Shown here: positions 36,827-47,828 of the stretch, piece after piece
Layout: every line of letters starts with the position of its first letter
How positions within the stretch are numbered: the first letter of the stretch is position 1
Position numbers and translations under genes: made by a program
Notes under the pieces: model-generated
Told to the model about the DNA's origin: nothing
The model's database searches: none
The model's input: only the letters and a program-made list of their open reading frames with translations
Source of the DNA: an uncultured Thermoplasmata archaeon
GTDB lineage: Archaea > Thermoplasmatota > Thermoplasmata > Lutacidiplasmatales > UBA184
Assembly (NCBI GenBank): GCA_963696985.1
Contig: CAVOMG010000001.1
Location: 372,737-436,736, forward strand
Length of the DNA: 64,000 nucleotides
Direction: 5' to 3'

Positions 36827-37570
36827 ATGGCGGTGAACCGGACGCGGAGGCGGTCGAGAGCGCCGCACAGCCGCGAATTGCGCGTTCACGGCTTTGCTCG
36901 CTACGATCGGGACCGGCGGGCCCGCACGGGCGCCCCGGAGGTCATCCTCGCAGAAGGAAAGACGGTCGAGCACCTGATCGAAATCGTTCGGGCGCTTCGG
37001 AAACAAGGCCTCGGCGCCCTGATCTCTCGGCCGACCGCAGCTCGACTCCGGGCACTCCGACAGGAGGGGAATACCGGACTTCCGGTTGAATTCCTTGCGA
37101 GCGGCCGGCTCGTCCGGCTCGCGGGACCCCTCGGTGATAGGGCCCCCCGCGGCGCGGTCGCCATCCTCACCGCTGGGACCGCCGATGTTCCCGTGGCGGA
37201 GGAGGCCGAAGCGCTGCTCAAGGCCTTCGGGGTCCGGGTCGTCTTGGCCCACGACGTCGGCGTCGCGGGGATCCACCGGCTCGAGCGCGCACTCGACCAG
37301 CTCGAACGGAGCGGACCGCGGGCCTACCTAGTCTTTGCGGGCCGGGAAGGAGCGCTTCCGACCGTGGTCGCCGGCCTCGTCCGCGCCCCGGTCGTCGGGG
37401 TCCCCACCTCGGTCGGGTACGGTCGGGGGGGTCGCGGCTCGGCGGCGCTGCTCGCCATGCTGCAATCGTGCGCCCCCCTCGCCGTGGTGAACATCGACGC
37501 GGCCGTCCCCGCCGCGTTGTTCGTGCTCCAGCTCCTCGCCGCGTCGGGACGACGGGCCGGCCGCCCGTAG
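36827..37570 (+). CDS. larB: LarB-like (PurE-fold) nickel-pincer cofactor biosynthesis carboxylase/hydrolase
   Basis: ARYDRDRRARTGAPEVILAEGKT...ISRPT...AILTAGTADVPVAEEA...HDVGVAGIHRL...VFAGREGALPTVVAGLV..PVVGVPTSVGYG. ATG at 36827 within ORF 36686..37570. Confidence 0.7.
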   Translation: MAVNRTRRRSRAPHSRELRVHGFARYDRDRRARTGAPEVILAEGKTVEHLIEIVRALRKQGLGALISRPTAARLRALRQEGNTGLPVEFLASGRLVRLAGPLGDRAPRGAVAILTAGTADVPVAEEAEALLKAFGVRVVLAHDVGVAGIHRLERALDQLERSGPRAYLVFAGREGALPTVVAGLVRAPVVGVPTSVGYGRGGRGSAALLAMLQSCAPLAVVNIDAAVPAALFVLQLLAASGRRAGRP

Positions 37571-37606
37571 GGCGCCCGCAGGGACCTTCCGGGCGGCTAG
37601 GTCAGC

Positions 37607-37611
37607 TTTTT
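37607..37611 (+). terminator. Oligo-T tract after larB (candidate archaeal terminator)
   Basis: TTTTT lies 37 nt after the larB stop, inside a short GTCA...TGAC hairpin. T runs are rare in this GC-rich sequence. Confidence 0.25.
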
Positions 37612-37636
37612 GACAGGGTGTTACCGTCCTAAGGAC

Positions 37637-38541
37637 ATGCCGCGCGCGCTCCTCTCCGAGGAGGCCGAACAGGAGGAGCAGGCGGACCGGGATCGGCTCC
37701 GCGAGCTCCGAGACAAGCTTCACGCGCTGCTCGACCGCCGGCGCCTCCAGTTCGAGGAGGTCCGCCGGCTCACCGACGAACAGGATCGGCTCCACGACGC
37801 GCGTCAACCCGGCGAGCGCGAGGTCGAGCGGATCCACCGGGAGTACCGGGACATCGGCCAGGCCATCGCCGAGGGCCGACGACTCCGCGACGAGGCGCGC
37901 CGGAAGCTCGACGAGGCGCTCATCGAACTTCGGGAGTTCCGAGCCAAGCTCCCGAGGGGGAAGCTGCGCGACCCGAGGCGATCCGACGCGAGATCGCCGA
38001 GCTCGAGCACGCCCAGCAGACGAAGACGCTCACGATCGCCGAGGAGAACGCGCTCATCAAGCGACTCCGCGAGCTCGTCAAGGTCGCCCAAGAGGCCGAA
38101 GGGACCCAGAAGGTCCAGGAGGAGCGACGGCGCCAGCTCGCGGCCCTCGAGGCCGCGCTCGTCGAGCGGCGGACCGCGGTCGGGAGCATCTCCGCTGAGC
38201 TGGAGCGCCTGAAGTCCGAGCGGGACGCCCGGATGCAGTCGATCCGCGGCCGGCTCGAGGGAGCCGGCAAGCTCGTAGCGGAGATCCGGGAGAAGGCCCG
38301 CGCCCGGGGGGCCGCCCTGGACCGGCTCCGGGCACTTAGCGCTCAGATCGATGAGCTTGAGCGGGAGGCCGACGGTCTCTCCCGCAAGTCCCGCGACCGC
38401 CGGTCCGAGGCCCGCCAAGTGCTTCAGGAGTACCGCCGCTCGGTCTCGGGTCCCAGTGGCGAGGCGGGGGCGGCGCAGACCGTCGCCGACCGCCAGCTCG
38501 AAGAACTCCTCAAGCGCGGCCGCGTTACGCTGCGGGGTTAG
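37637..38541 (+). CDS. Archaeal coiled-coil protein (COG1340-like), with an apparent 1-nt deletion in the G run at 37956-37960
   Basis: Continuous heptad-rich sequence: MPRALLSEEAEQEEQADRDRLRELRDKLHALL...ELREFRAKLPRG (ORF 37610..38212). It continues as AARPEAIRREIAELEHAQQTKTLTIAEENALIKRLRELV...(frame of ORF 38233..38541). Confidence 0.55.
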
Positions 38542-38553
38542 ACCGATCGACCC

Positions 38554-39510
38554 TCACACGAGGGTCGAGACCGGGGCGTAGATGTCGATGACCGTGACGT
38601 CGAAAATCAGGGTCTCGCCGACGACCTCCTGGTTGAAGTCCTCGGTGAACGTGTCGCTCGTATAGTTCACGGCCGAGACGATGTAGTTGCCACTCGAGGA
38701 CGACTGGCAGGCCCCATTGGCCGTGTGCCCCGCGAGGTGGCCGGCCTCGTCCGGCGTCAGGAGGTTCATCACCGTGATCTGCCCCGAGCCGTTCGAGGTG
38801 CTCGTGACGTTGGTGACCTGGGTCTCCCACCCTTGGAGGGTGGCGGTCTCCCCGACGAAGGCGAAGTTTTCGAGCGTGACGCTCGTCAAGTTGGCGCTGA
38901 AGACCTCGGTCTCCCACCCGTACTTGGGATTGGTGAAGTAGGTCCCGGTCGTCGCGAGGACGCCGGGGTACTGGGCGTTGAACTGCGCCCCGGTCAACGT
39001 CTCGACGACGGGGACATGGACCGTGAGGGGGAGGGTCACCAAGCACGCCGGGTTCGGACTCCCGTAGCCGAGTTCGGGCGGGACCAGGATCGATCGCGTC
39101 TGGTTGCCGGTGAGACCGACGAGGCCCTGCCAGAACCCGGTGACGACCTGGATGAAGCTCTTGTTGGCGAAGGAGTACCCGCTGGAAGGCGCGTTCGAGC
39201 CGACGTACACCGGCAGGGCAGTGTAGTTCCCCGGCGCACCGCGCAGATGGTACTCCAGGGCCTTCGGATAGGTGCTGTTCTGGATCGCTACGCTGTAGAT
39301 CGAGGTGTCGAAGACCTTCCCCTGCTCCGGCCCCGAGCCGAACACGCCGATGTACGCTACCGTCACGTTGTCCCCCTGTCGGACGGTCAAGGGGGCGCCC
39401 GCGGACTTCGAGGCGTTGTGTACGTAGAGGTACGCCCCCGTTGCGCCGCCGGCGATCAGCACGACGACCACAAGGACGACGACCGGAAGGATCGAGGGGT
39501 TCTGGGCCAT
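38554..39510 (-). CDS. Membrane-anchored, probably secreted FKBP-type peptidyl-prolyl isomerase with many N-x-S/T sequons
   Basis: N-terminal TM anchor ILPVVVLVVVVLIAGG. FKBP blocks VTVAYIGVF..GKVFDTS and FWQGLVGLTGNQTRSILVPPELGYG. At least 10 N-x-S/T sites. Confidence 0.7.
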   Translation of the reverse strand: MAQNPSILPVVVLVVVVLIAGGATGAYLYVHNASKSAGAPLTVRQGDNVTVAYIGVFGSGPEQGKVFDTSIYSVAIQNSTYPKALEYHLRGAPGNYTALPVYVGSNAPSSGYSFANKSFIQVVTGFWQGLVGLTGNQTRSILVPPELGYGSPNPACLVTLPLTVHVPVVETLTGAQFNAQYPGVLATTGTYFTNPKYGWETEVFSANLTSVTLENFAFVGETATLQGWETQVTNVTSTSNGSGQITVMNLLTPDEAGHLAGHTANGACQSSSSGNYIVSAVNYTSDTFTEDFNQEVVGETLIFDVTVIDIYAPVSTLV

Positions 39511-39600
39511 GATCCCGAGGGGGTCAGTACGTCGCGTGTCTCGTCATCGGATCGGTGAGACAGGTGCTCCTCATTCCCCCGCCCCCGACCCGGCCACAGA

Positions 39601-39607
39601 TATAAAA
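39601..39607. promoter_or_regulatory. TATAAAA element in the divergent FKBP / M2-peptidase intergenic region
   Basis: The only strong TATA-like heptamer in 39511-39792. On the minus strand it reads TTTTATA, about 90 nt upstream of the FKBP start. Confidence 0.3.
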
Positions 39608-39792
39608 CCCTCGCACGGGCCGGGGGCGACGTCCTCGACCGAGGGATACCGACGTCGGGCGCATCCTGGGCAAGAGGCGGCAGGACGCCTGGGTTCCGGA
39701 CGCGCCCTACCCTCGGCCCCCGACCGTACGATCTCCGACCGACCCGGAAGACAGCTATAGGAAGGTGGTTCCTCGGTCCCAGGCGACACCGA

Positions 39793-41538
39793 ATGGGCGC
39801 GGGACCGGCGGAAGACGCCGAATCGTTGATCCGGGAGGCCGAAGGGACCCTCCTTGACCTCTCGATCGAGGCTCAACGGGCGGCGTGGGTCTACGAGACG
39901 TTCATCAACGAGGACACCGAGGCGCTGACCTCGAAGGCCGACGCCCGGGTGACGCTCGCGACCGTAGGGCTCGTGAAGCGCTCCGCCCGGGTCCCCACGG
40001 AGGGACTTTCGTTCGAGACGGCCCGCAAGCTCCGCCTGCTCAGGCTCTCCCTCCCCCTCCTCTCCCCTTCGGACCCTCGAGAGAGCGAGGAGCTCGCCCG
40101 ATTGGTCGCCTCCATGCGCGGCCGCTACGGGAAAGGGCGGGTCCGCCTCCCGGGGGGCACCGAGGAGCTCGACCTCACGGGCGTTTCACGTCGGCTCGCC
40201 GAGAGCCGGGATCCGCGGGAGCTCGAGGAGCTCTGGACGGGGTGGCATGCCGTCGGCCGACCGATGCGCCCGGAGTTCGAGCAGTACGTCGATCTCTCGA
40301 ACCGGGGGGCGAGAGAGGTCGGCTTCCCGGACACCGGGGCGATGTGGCGGTCGAAGTACGACCTTTCCCCGGAGGCATTCGCCGAGGAGACGGAGCGTCT
40401 CTGGGGCCAGGTGCGGCCTCTCTACCGGTTGCTCCACGCCTACGTCCGGCGGCGTCTCGCCGCCCTGTACGGGCCATCGGTCGTTCCCCCCGGCGGCCCG
40501 ATCCCGGCCCACCTGCTCGGGAACATGTGGGCACAGTCCTGGGAGCACCTCTATCCGGTCCTCGCCCCTTCGGGGAGCGCCCCGGCCTTCGACCTCTCTG
40601 AGATCCTGAAGAGCCGTCGGGTGGACGAGCGGGAGCTCGTCCGGATCGCGGAGCGGTTCTTCGTCTCCCTGGGCTTTGATCCGCTTCCGGCCACGTTCTG
40701 GGAGCGCTCGATGTTCGTCAAGCCGCCGGGCCGCGAAGTCCTCTGTCACGCAAGCGCCTGGAACATCGACTTCGAGGACGACCTCCGGATCAAGATGTGC
40801 ATCGAAGTGACCGAGGAGGAGTTCTACGTCGTCCACCACGAACTCGGTCACAACTTCTACCAGCGGGCCTACAAGGGTCAGCCGTTCCTGTTCCGGGACA
40901 GCGCGAACGACGGGTTCCACGAGGCCGTCGGCGACACGATCGGACTCTCGGTCACGCCGGAGTACCTCGAACGGTTGGGATTCCTCTCCGAGCTCCCGGG
41001 GCCCTCGGCGGACCTCGGGCTGTTGCTCCGCCGGGCGCTCGAGAAGATCGCCTTCCTTCCGTTCGGGCTCCTGGTCGACCGCTGGCGGTGGGGCGTGTTC
41101 TCCGGGGAGATCCCGCCCGAGCGCTACAACGCCGCGTGGTGGGATCTCCGGCAGCGCTACCAGGGGATCGTCCCGCCGGTCCCCCGGAGCGAGGCGGATT
41201 TCGACCCCGGGGCGAAGACCCACATCCCCTCGAGCACCCCGTACATGCGCTACTTCCTCGCGGCGATCCTCCAGTTCCAGTTCCACCGAGCGCTCGCCGA
41301 GTCGGCCGGCTGGAACGGCCCGCTCCACCGATTCTCCGTCCATGGCTATGCGGACGGGGGAGCGCGGCTCCGGCGGATGTTCGAGATGGGGGCGAGCCGG
41401 CCCTGGCCGGACGCCCTCGAGGCGCTCACCGGTCGGCGCGAGATGGACGCCTCGGCGATCCTCGATTACTTCCGACCGCTTAGGAGCTGGCTCGAATCCG
41501 AGACCCGGGGGGCCCCCATCGGCTGGCCGGGGGAGTGA
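39793..41538 (+). CDS. M2 family peptidyl-dipeptidase (angiotensin-converting-enzyme-like)
   Basis: VVHHELGHNFY (HExxH) followed about 24 residues later by FHEAVGDTI (the third zinc ligand Glu in the ACE HEAIGD block), with ACE-like flanking blocks (GNMWAQSW, HIPSSTPYMRYF). 581 aa. Confidence 0.75.
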   Translation: MGAGPAEDAESLIREAEGTLLDLSIEAQRAAWVYETFINEDTEALTSKADARVTLATVGLVKRSARVPTEGLSFETARKLRLLRLSLPLLSPSDPRESEELARLVASMRGRYGKGRVRLPGGTEELDLTGVSRRLAESRDPRELEELWTGWHAVGRPMRPEFEQYVDLSNRGAREVGFPDTGAMWRSKYDLSPEAFAEETERLWGQVRPLYRLLHAYVRRRLAALYGPSVVPPGGPIPAHLLGNMWAQSWEHLYPVLAPSGSAPAFDLSEILKSRRVDERELVRIAERFFVSLGFDPLPATFWERSMFVKPPGREVLCHASAWNIDFEDDLRIKMCIEVTEEEFYVVHHELGHNFYQRAYKGQPFLFRDSANDGFHEAVGDTIGLSVTPEYLERLGFLSELPGPSADLGLLLRRALEKIAFLPFGLLVDRWRWGVFSGEIPPERYNAAWWDLRQRYQGIVPPVPRSEADFDPGAKTHIPSSTPYMRYFLAAILQFQFHRALAESAGWNGPLHRFSVHGYADGGARLRRMFEMGASRPWPDALEALTGRREMDASAILDYFRPLRSWLESETRGAPIGWPGE

Positions 41539-41621
41539 GCTTCCCCCCGGAAATCGGGTCGATATTGACCCCAAACCGACAAAAGGCCGGCCCGGCCTGT
41601 TACGGACGGAGTCTTCGGGGA

Positions 41622-44600
41622 GTGCGCGCGGCGCGATGGGCCCGGGTCGGGGCCGTGATCCTTATCGGACTCGCCATCGGACTACCGAATGCCTCCTGGA
41701 TCGACGCGCCACGGACGGCGGCCTCCCCGGCGGTGGGTGCCACAGACCAGCCCCCGACCATTACGGCAAGCCTCACCTCTCAACCCTCGGCGCCTTCGGA
41801 GACTGCCGGGAGCGCCTCGGCCGGCGATCTTGGCACCCCCATCATCTGGCTCGGCGGACCGAGAGTGCCCTTGGCCGTCCCGGCGTCAGTGGGCCCGCCC
41901 CTCGGTGGACCCCAGTCGGTCGATCCGTACGCGAGCTACGGCAGCGAGCCGGCGCCGATGGGCCTAGGAGAGTACGGGATCGGGTCGTCCGGCGCCGCCT
42001 ACACGTACACCACCTCTGCGTTCGAAGGGACCGCTCGGATCGGCACCTACTCCGCCGTCGGGAACCGGGGGACCAACTCGACCACCCTGCAGCTGAACGC
42101 GGTCGTCGTGATGTCGAAGGGGAGCGCCCTCGCCGAATATTGGATCCAGGACGTTCCGATCTACAACACCAGCTCTCACTACATCTACTTCGAGAACAAC
42201 GTCTGGAACTTCTCCGGAACCAACCCGCCGAGGCTGCCGGCGAACTCCGTCTCGGGCAACGGAACGGTGTACACCTCGGGAAGCGACCAGTACTATGCCG
42301 ACTCCGCCAGCAGCTATTACTCCGGAAGCGGCACGACGTTGACCCTGCCGGCGAACGTCTCGGCCGAGGTCGTCGCGAGCAACGTCTCCGGATACACGCA
42401 CGTGGCGTTCCGGTTCAACGACGGCTACGGCTGGGAGACGTACGACAACGTCACCTTCCCCTGGACGAAAGGCTGGACGTACCACGGGTTCGAGGTCACG
42501 GGGGCGTCGTACAACCCGTTCGGCCTCTTCGATGACGCGGAATGGATCGTCGGCGGGCCAGGGAACTCCGCCTCGACCGATATCCTCCACTCGAATCTGA
42601 ACCTCTCCCTTCAGGAGTTCAACGGGCACAACTTCGAGGGCGTGCGGGCGGCCTACGATTTCGGCGGCGACACGGCCGAGACCGCTTCGAACGCCCAGGC
42701 CGCCTTGCCGGTCGGGTCCTCCTCCCGGCCCCCCCGCCGACCGGTTGCTCGCGGGCTCGGGCTCGCTCCGCGCGCTCTGGGGCGAGAGCAATCTCTCCGT
42801 CGTGAACGTGAGCGCCCCCATCCAAAACGGGACCCTGCTGGTCAGCGGCTCCACCGTTCCGTATCGGGGGACGATCGCGAACCTCACCCTCTTCCCGGGC
42901 GCCTATCACTTCGCCGTCGAGGACGCTTCGGGGATCGTCGCCTCGAAGAACGTGACCGTGACCGCCGGGGAATATCTCCCGCTGAGCTTCGCCGAACTCT
43001 CGATCGGCCCGAACCGGACCTCGGCCCAGCAGAACGTCACGGCGAAAGGGTCGGGGTTCGCCGCGGGCTCGACCGTGTCGGTCGATTGGCCGAACAACGC
43101 GACGCCGGTCTGCAACGCCACCGCCGGCTCGAACGGATCGTTCAACTGCCGGTTCTCGGTCCCGCTCGACCCGGCGGGATCGTACAACCTGACCGCCTCG
43201 GACGATGCATCGGCCGCCGACGTTGCCTATTCCATCCTCACGATCACGACCAATCTGACGGTCACCGCCGCCTCGACCGCATCGGCGGTCGATTACGGCA
43301 TTCCCCTCACGTTCTGGGCCAACGCCACGGGAGGGTTCCGGCCGTACCTGGGCTACCTCTGGAACTTCGGCGACGGCACCTTCGACACCACTGCCTTGAA
43401 CACGATCAATTACACGTACACCAAGACCGGCCCGTTCACCCTCGCCGTGACGGTCCATGACCGGATCGGGGATGCGATCTCGGCCCAGACCTCGATCACG
43501 ATCCGGCCCGACCCGAGGGTGAGCGCCCCCTCCGGGAACCGGACCTCCGCGGACGTCGGCCAGTCGGCCACGTTCTCGGTCCTCGGATCGAACGGCGCCG
43601 GCCCGTACCAATACACCTGGACCGGCCTGCCCGCCGGATGCGTCGCGAGCGGCTCCTCGGTGAACTGCGCCAACCTCACCACGCCCGGCGATTCGACCAT
43701 CGACGTCACGATCACGGACTCTGAGGGCGTCCGCTCCACGGGTCCCCCGCTCGCCTTCGAGGTCTACCCGGATCCTCGCGTGCGGTCGCTCTCGAACCTC
43801 CAGCCGTACCTCGACGTCGGTCAGAACCTCACTCTGTTCGCGGATGTCGTCAACGGCTCCGGCGGGTTCACGTACGTCTGGTCCGGCCTCCCGTCCGGTT
43901 GCGCGCCAACCTCCCCGCTCGTCAACTGCCGGATGAACGCCTCCGGGTCGCTCTCGGTCTCGGTGGTGGCGAGGGACTCGAACGGGGCACGAGCGAGCTC
44001 CTACAGCCTTCCCGTCGACGTCGCGGCCGACCCGACCGTGGTCCTCACCGCGGACCACGCTCCCGGGGCGGACGTCGGCGAACCGCTCGGACTTGCGGCC
44101 ACGGTGAAGGGCGGTTCCGGCGCCCTCTGGTACTCCTGGTCCGGTCTCCCGACCGCGTGCGTCTCGGAGAACCTCTCCCAACTCGAGTGCGCGGCGCGCT
44201 CGACTGGGGCGCTCACCGTCTCCGTTTCCGTGGTCGACGAAAGCGGCGCCCGGGCGGCCGCCAGCCTCCCGATCACGGTCTATGCGGACCCCCAGATCGA
44301 TTGGATCGGGACGCCGACGAACGTTACCGACGTCGGGCACCCGATCTCGGTCGGCGTCCAGGCCTCGGGCGGCGAGGGTCCGTACACCTACGGATGGGCG
44401 GACCTCCCTACCGGCTGCCTCCCGCCCGACGGCGCGGAGCTCGACTGCGCGCCGAGCACGGCCGGGTCGTTCGCGACCGCCGTCGAGGTGACCGACGTCA
44501 ACCGGGGCACGGCCAACACCTCAGCCATCGGGATCCTGGTCAACCCGTCCCCGTGGATGCGAACGCCCTCGGTTTCCGAGGCCCGGGTCGTGGCTGGTTA

Positions 44601-44960
44601 CCCGCTGACGATCACGGCGGGGCCGAGCGGGGGGACCGGCCCCTACTCCTACGAGTGGCTTCAATTGCCCGGGGGATGCGATCCCCGGAACGTGTCCGAG
44701 ATCAGCTGCCGCCCGACCGAATCCGGCCACTTCGAGGTCACGGTCCTCGCGACCGACGCGCTCGGCGAGAGCGCGAACGCGACGGTCGAGATCACGGTGA
44801 TCGCCGCGGTGCTCGGGCTCTCGCCGAACGAGGGGTATGCGGTCATCGCTCTCGGGCTCGCCGCGCTCGGAGTGACGGTCGCGCTCGTCGTGCGATGGGT
44901 CCGGCGCTCGGCGCGTTCGAAACGTGAGACGCCGTCGGGACCGGTGCCCCCCGGGCCTAA
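41622..44960 (+). CDS. Giant secreted surface protein: thermopsin-like (peptidase A5-like) N-domain, PKD domain, five Ig-like GLPxGC repeats and a C-terminal TM anchor. It has a frame disruption in the C run at 42729-42735 and its end is uncertain
   Basis: Signal/TM segment RWARVGAVILIGLAIGLP (GTG 41622). Thermopsin-like blocks: EPAPMGLGEYGIG, LQLNAVVV, YWIQDVPIYNTSS, FENNVWNFSG. The gene continues in the frame of ORF 42745..45462 with PKD (YLWNFGDGT), five repeats such as GPYQYTWTGLPAGCVASGSSVNCANLTTPGDSTIDVTITDSEG, and the anchor AVIALGLAALGVTVALVV. The formal ORF runs antisense through msrB to 45462. A TAA at 44958-44960 becomes in-frame with a 1-nt change in the C run at 44947-44952. Confidence 0.6.
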
Positions 44961-44994
44961 ACGGGCAGGCCGCCGGTTCGACGGCGCGATCGGG

Positions 44995-45414
44995 TCAGGA
45001 TCTCGGCGGGGCCCCCGGGATGAACCGGAGCGCGATCGAGTTCACGCAGTGCCGGGTGTTCCGGGGGGTGAGCCGCTCCCCGAGGAAGACGTGGCCGAGA
45101 TGGGCCCCGCAGGCCGCGCATTCGATCTCGGTGCGCTGCCCATCTGGATCCGGGAGGCGCCGAACCGCCCCCGGGATCTCGAGATCGAAGCTCGGCCAGC
45201 CGCAGCGGGCATCGAACTTGTCCTCCGACCGGTAGAGCGGAGCCTCGCAGCGCTTGCAGACGTACGTTCCCTGGCCGGTATAGTGCTCGTACTCGCCCGA
45301 GAACGGTCGCTCCGTCCCTCGATGGACGATGACCCGCTCTTCCTCCTTGGTCAGGGGGCGCAGGTTCCGGTTCGTCGGTTCCGTCACGTCGAGCTCGAGC
45401 GCGGCCAGGTACAT
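44995..45414 (-). CDS. msrB: Peptide-methionine (R)-S-oxide reductase MsrB
   Basis: [28 protein letters not shown]...[12 protein letters not shown]...RHCVNS. This shows both CxxC zinc pairs and the catalytic RHCVNS block. Confidence 0.9.
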   Translation of the reverse strand: MYLAALELDVTEPTNRNLRPLTKEEERVIVHRGTERPFSGEYEHYTGQGTYVCKRCEAPLYRSEDKFDARCGWPSFDLEIPGAVRRLPDPDGQRTEIECAACGAHLGHVFLGERLTPRNTRHCVNSIALRFIPGAPPRS

Positions 45415-45488
45415 CCCGATTGCGACGGTTCTCGGGCCAACCGGCTCGGACCTCGAGATTAAGGGGGGCCGAACCGTAGGGCGAGCAC

Positions 45489-47027
45489 ATGGCGGGGAGC
45501 GGGCCGGCGGGCGAGCCCCCGGCGGCCGCGCGGTCGGAGGAGGTCGACCTCCTGAACTACCTCGGCGACTTTCTCAAGTCGGCGGACCGACCGAGATTCC
45601 TCCTCATCACCGGCGCGGTGGGGATGGGGAAGAGTTCGCTCTTGCGGGCCCTTCTCCCCTTCGTGCCCGGCCCGAAGTTCTTCGTCGGGTACCTGCCGAT
45701 CCCGGCGGCCCCGGGGACGGTCGGGGGCGCTCATGATGTCGCCCTGCTCGTCGCGGACCCCCAGCTCGAGCAGACCGCCGGCTCGTCACCGGAGGATCCC
45801 GGGACCGAGCAGGCTGGCGGGCCCCCTTCGGCCGAGGCCTCGATCCTCCCGGCGCCGCTTCGCGAGTCGCTGGATCGGCTCGGCGGTCACGGTGTGGTCT
45901 TCGTCGACTCGTGGGACCGCGGTTCGGACGGTTTCTTCCGAGCCCAGGTCCGCTCTCCGCAAGGCGTCCGGACGCTCACAGCCCCGGCGAACTCGATCGG
46001 CGCGATGCAGGTCTCGATCCTCTCGACCCCCGTCCACCTCGTGATCGCGATGACCCCCGAAGCCAGTGCTCCTTTGACCTCGACCGCCGATGCAGTCGTC
46101 GAGCTCCACGAAACGACCCGCCAGGGCGCCCGACTGCGGATCGCCACGACGAGCAAGGCTCGCGGGGTCCACTACCCGTTCAACCCGGACTACCTCTACA
46201 CGCTCGAAGAAGGCCGGTTCCGTGCCCTGCCGAATCTCCCGAAGGGGTTCCGGCCACCGGTCGGACCTCCCGATCCGGATCCGGATGAGCGGGCCACGAC
46301 CCTTTGGCCCGGCTCGGAATCGTATGCCCAGGCGTTCGGTCGAATGCGTTCGGGGGGTTTCACCGGCCTCGCGATGTCGAACGACTGCCCGGACACGCTC
46401 CCGCACGTTCTGGCGGTCCCGCTCACCATTCACGCGCTCCGCTCCGGAGGTCGCGTCGTCTGGATCCCGGCGCCCTCGGTCCGGCCCTCGCGGATCATCG
46501 GCCAGATAACCAACCATGTCCCGGCCGACTGGATCCGGGAGCGGTTGCGATTCGTGTCGGCGAGCGGCGACGACCCGGGCCTCGGCGAGCTACGGTCGTG
46601 CATCCTCCCCCTCCGCCGGGACGTCTCGGGCGACGACATGAGGACCGCCAACGCCCCGGGGGTCCCGCCCATCTTCCCCGATGCCCACCGTTTCCTGCGG
46701 GACCACCCTCCGTCGACCCCGGCCCTGTACGTGCTCTCGATCGACGGCTTACGGGCGGCGGCGGACGCCGCCGAGATCCCCCTCGACACGGCCACGATCC
46801 CGGTGGTGTTCGGGACGTACGCCCGGATCGCCGGATTCCACGGCTTCGGTTTCGGACGGTCGGAGGACCCCCTCGTGGCCCAGCTACGATCGACCATCGA
46901 CACGCTCCTGCAGTCCGAGATGGTCTTCGGCCGACCGGTGATCTACGGGGTACGGCCGTCGACCCGAGCCTACCTCATTGACTGGGTCGCGCCGGACCAG
47001 CGCTACACCCTGGTCCCCGTGGTCTGA
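45489..47027 (+). CDS. Two-domain RecA-superfamily (KaiC-like) ATPase with a degenerate second domain
   Basis: Walker [13 protein letters not shown], Walker B-like VVFVDSWD, and a KaiC-type strand [34 protein letters not shown]. The second half repeats the fold pattern (VVWIPAP..., [10 protein letters not shown]) without a P-loop. The family assignment is by pattern, not by search. Confidence 0.55.
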   Translation: MAGSGPAGEPPAAARSEEVDLLNYLGDFLKSADRPRFLLITGAVGMGKSSLLRALLPFVPGPKFFVGYLPIPAAPGTVGGAHDVALLVADPQLEQTAGSSPEDPGTEQAGGPPSAEASILPAPLRESLDRLGGHGVVFVDSWDRGSDGFFRAQVRSPQGVRTLTAPANSIGAMQVSILSTPVHLVIAMTPEASAPLTSTADAVVELHETTRQGARLRIATTSKARGVHYPFNPDYLYTLEEGRFRALPNLPKGFRPPVGPPDPDPDERATTLWPGSESYAQAFGRMRSGGFTGLAMSNDCPDTLPHVLAVPLTIHALRSGGRVVWIPAPSVRPSRIIGQITNHVPADWIRERLRFVSASGDDPGLGELRSCILPLRRDVSGDDMRTANAPGVPPIFPDAHRFLRDHPPSTPALYVLSIDGLRAAADAAEIPLDTATIPVVFGTYARIAGFHGFGFGRSEDPLVAQLRSTIDTLLQSEMVFGRPVIYGVRPSTRAYLIDWVAPDQRYTLVPVV

Positions 47028-47034
47028 CGGAGCT

Positions 47035-47748
47035 TCAACCTGGAGGGCTAGCCCCTGGAGGGTCGCCCCCGTCCGACGTTCGGAGCGCGGGGCCGGCGCC
47101 GATGCGCTCGACCAGGAGCTTGACGGCCTCCCGGGGCACCCCTCCCGACCGGTCGACGATGTCGTCGACGTCGCCCGCGCCGAGAAGGACCAGGGCGGAG
47201 GCCGCGGCCGTCTCCACCAGGCGACGCATCGCGTCGCGATCGACCGGGGTGAACTCGAGGACGGTGCAACGGGAACGCATGGGAGCCGAGATCGACCCGA
47301 GGTCGTTACAAGCGAGGATGAAGATCGTGTACCCGGAGCCCTCCTCCATCGCCGAGCGCAGCGCACCTTGAACGCCTGGTGCCAACGACTCCGCTTCGTC
47401 GAAGAAGAAGATCCGGAACGGAGCGCCCCGCTTGGGGGGCAGCCGGGAGAGCGGGATGATCCCGCTCTGGATGACCGGGAGGCCGCGGTCGTCGGCGGTC
47501 CGCAGCTGGTAGAAGCTGTTGTCGAACTCGGGACCGAGCACCTCCCGGGCGAACGCCCGGGCCGCCGTGGTCTTCCCGATCCCGGGGGGACCATAGAGGA
47601 GCAGGTTCGGGGGGACGATCCGGCCGGACCGCACCCCTTCGACCAGGCTTCGCAGCCGCGTGATCACCGCTTCTTGGCCGACGATCCCCGAGAGAAGCCG
47701 CGGCCGGAACTCCTCCATCGAGATCCGGCCGGAAGGGCTCGAATGCAT
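47035..47748 (-). CDS. Replication-factor-C small-subunit-like AAA+ ATPase, truncated (no C-terminal collar domain)
   Basis: FRPRLLSGIVGQEAVITRL, LLLYGPPGIGKTTAA (Walker A), FRIFFFDEAESL (Walker B), FILACN (sensor 1) and MRSRCTVLEF (the SRC motif). Only 237 aa, against about 320 for canonical RfcS. Confidence 0.65.
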   Translation of the reverse strand: MHSSPSGRISMEEFRPRLLSGIVGQEAVITRLRSLVEGVRSGRIVPPNLLLYGPPGIGKTTAARAFAREVLGPEFDNSFYQLRTADDRGLPVIQSGIIPLSRLPPKRGAPFRIFFFDEAESLAPGVQGALRSAMEEGSGYTIFILACNDLGSISAPMRSRCTVLEFTPVDRDAMRRLVETAAASALVLLGAGDVDDIVDRSGGVPREAVKLLVERIGAGPALRTSDGGDPPGASPPG

Positions 47749-47828
47749 CCCGGGAGCCCAGCCTCGGTCGACCTATTCAATCGTTGGTTCCGAAGGCCCA
47801 CCGTTCCGGGGTCGATGTACCATAGCTG

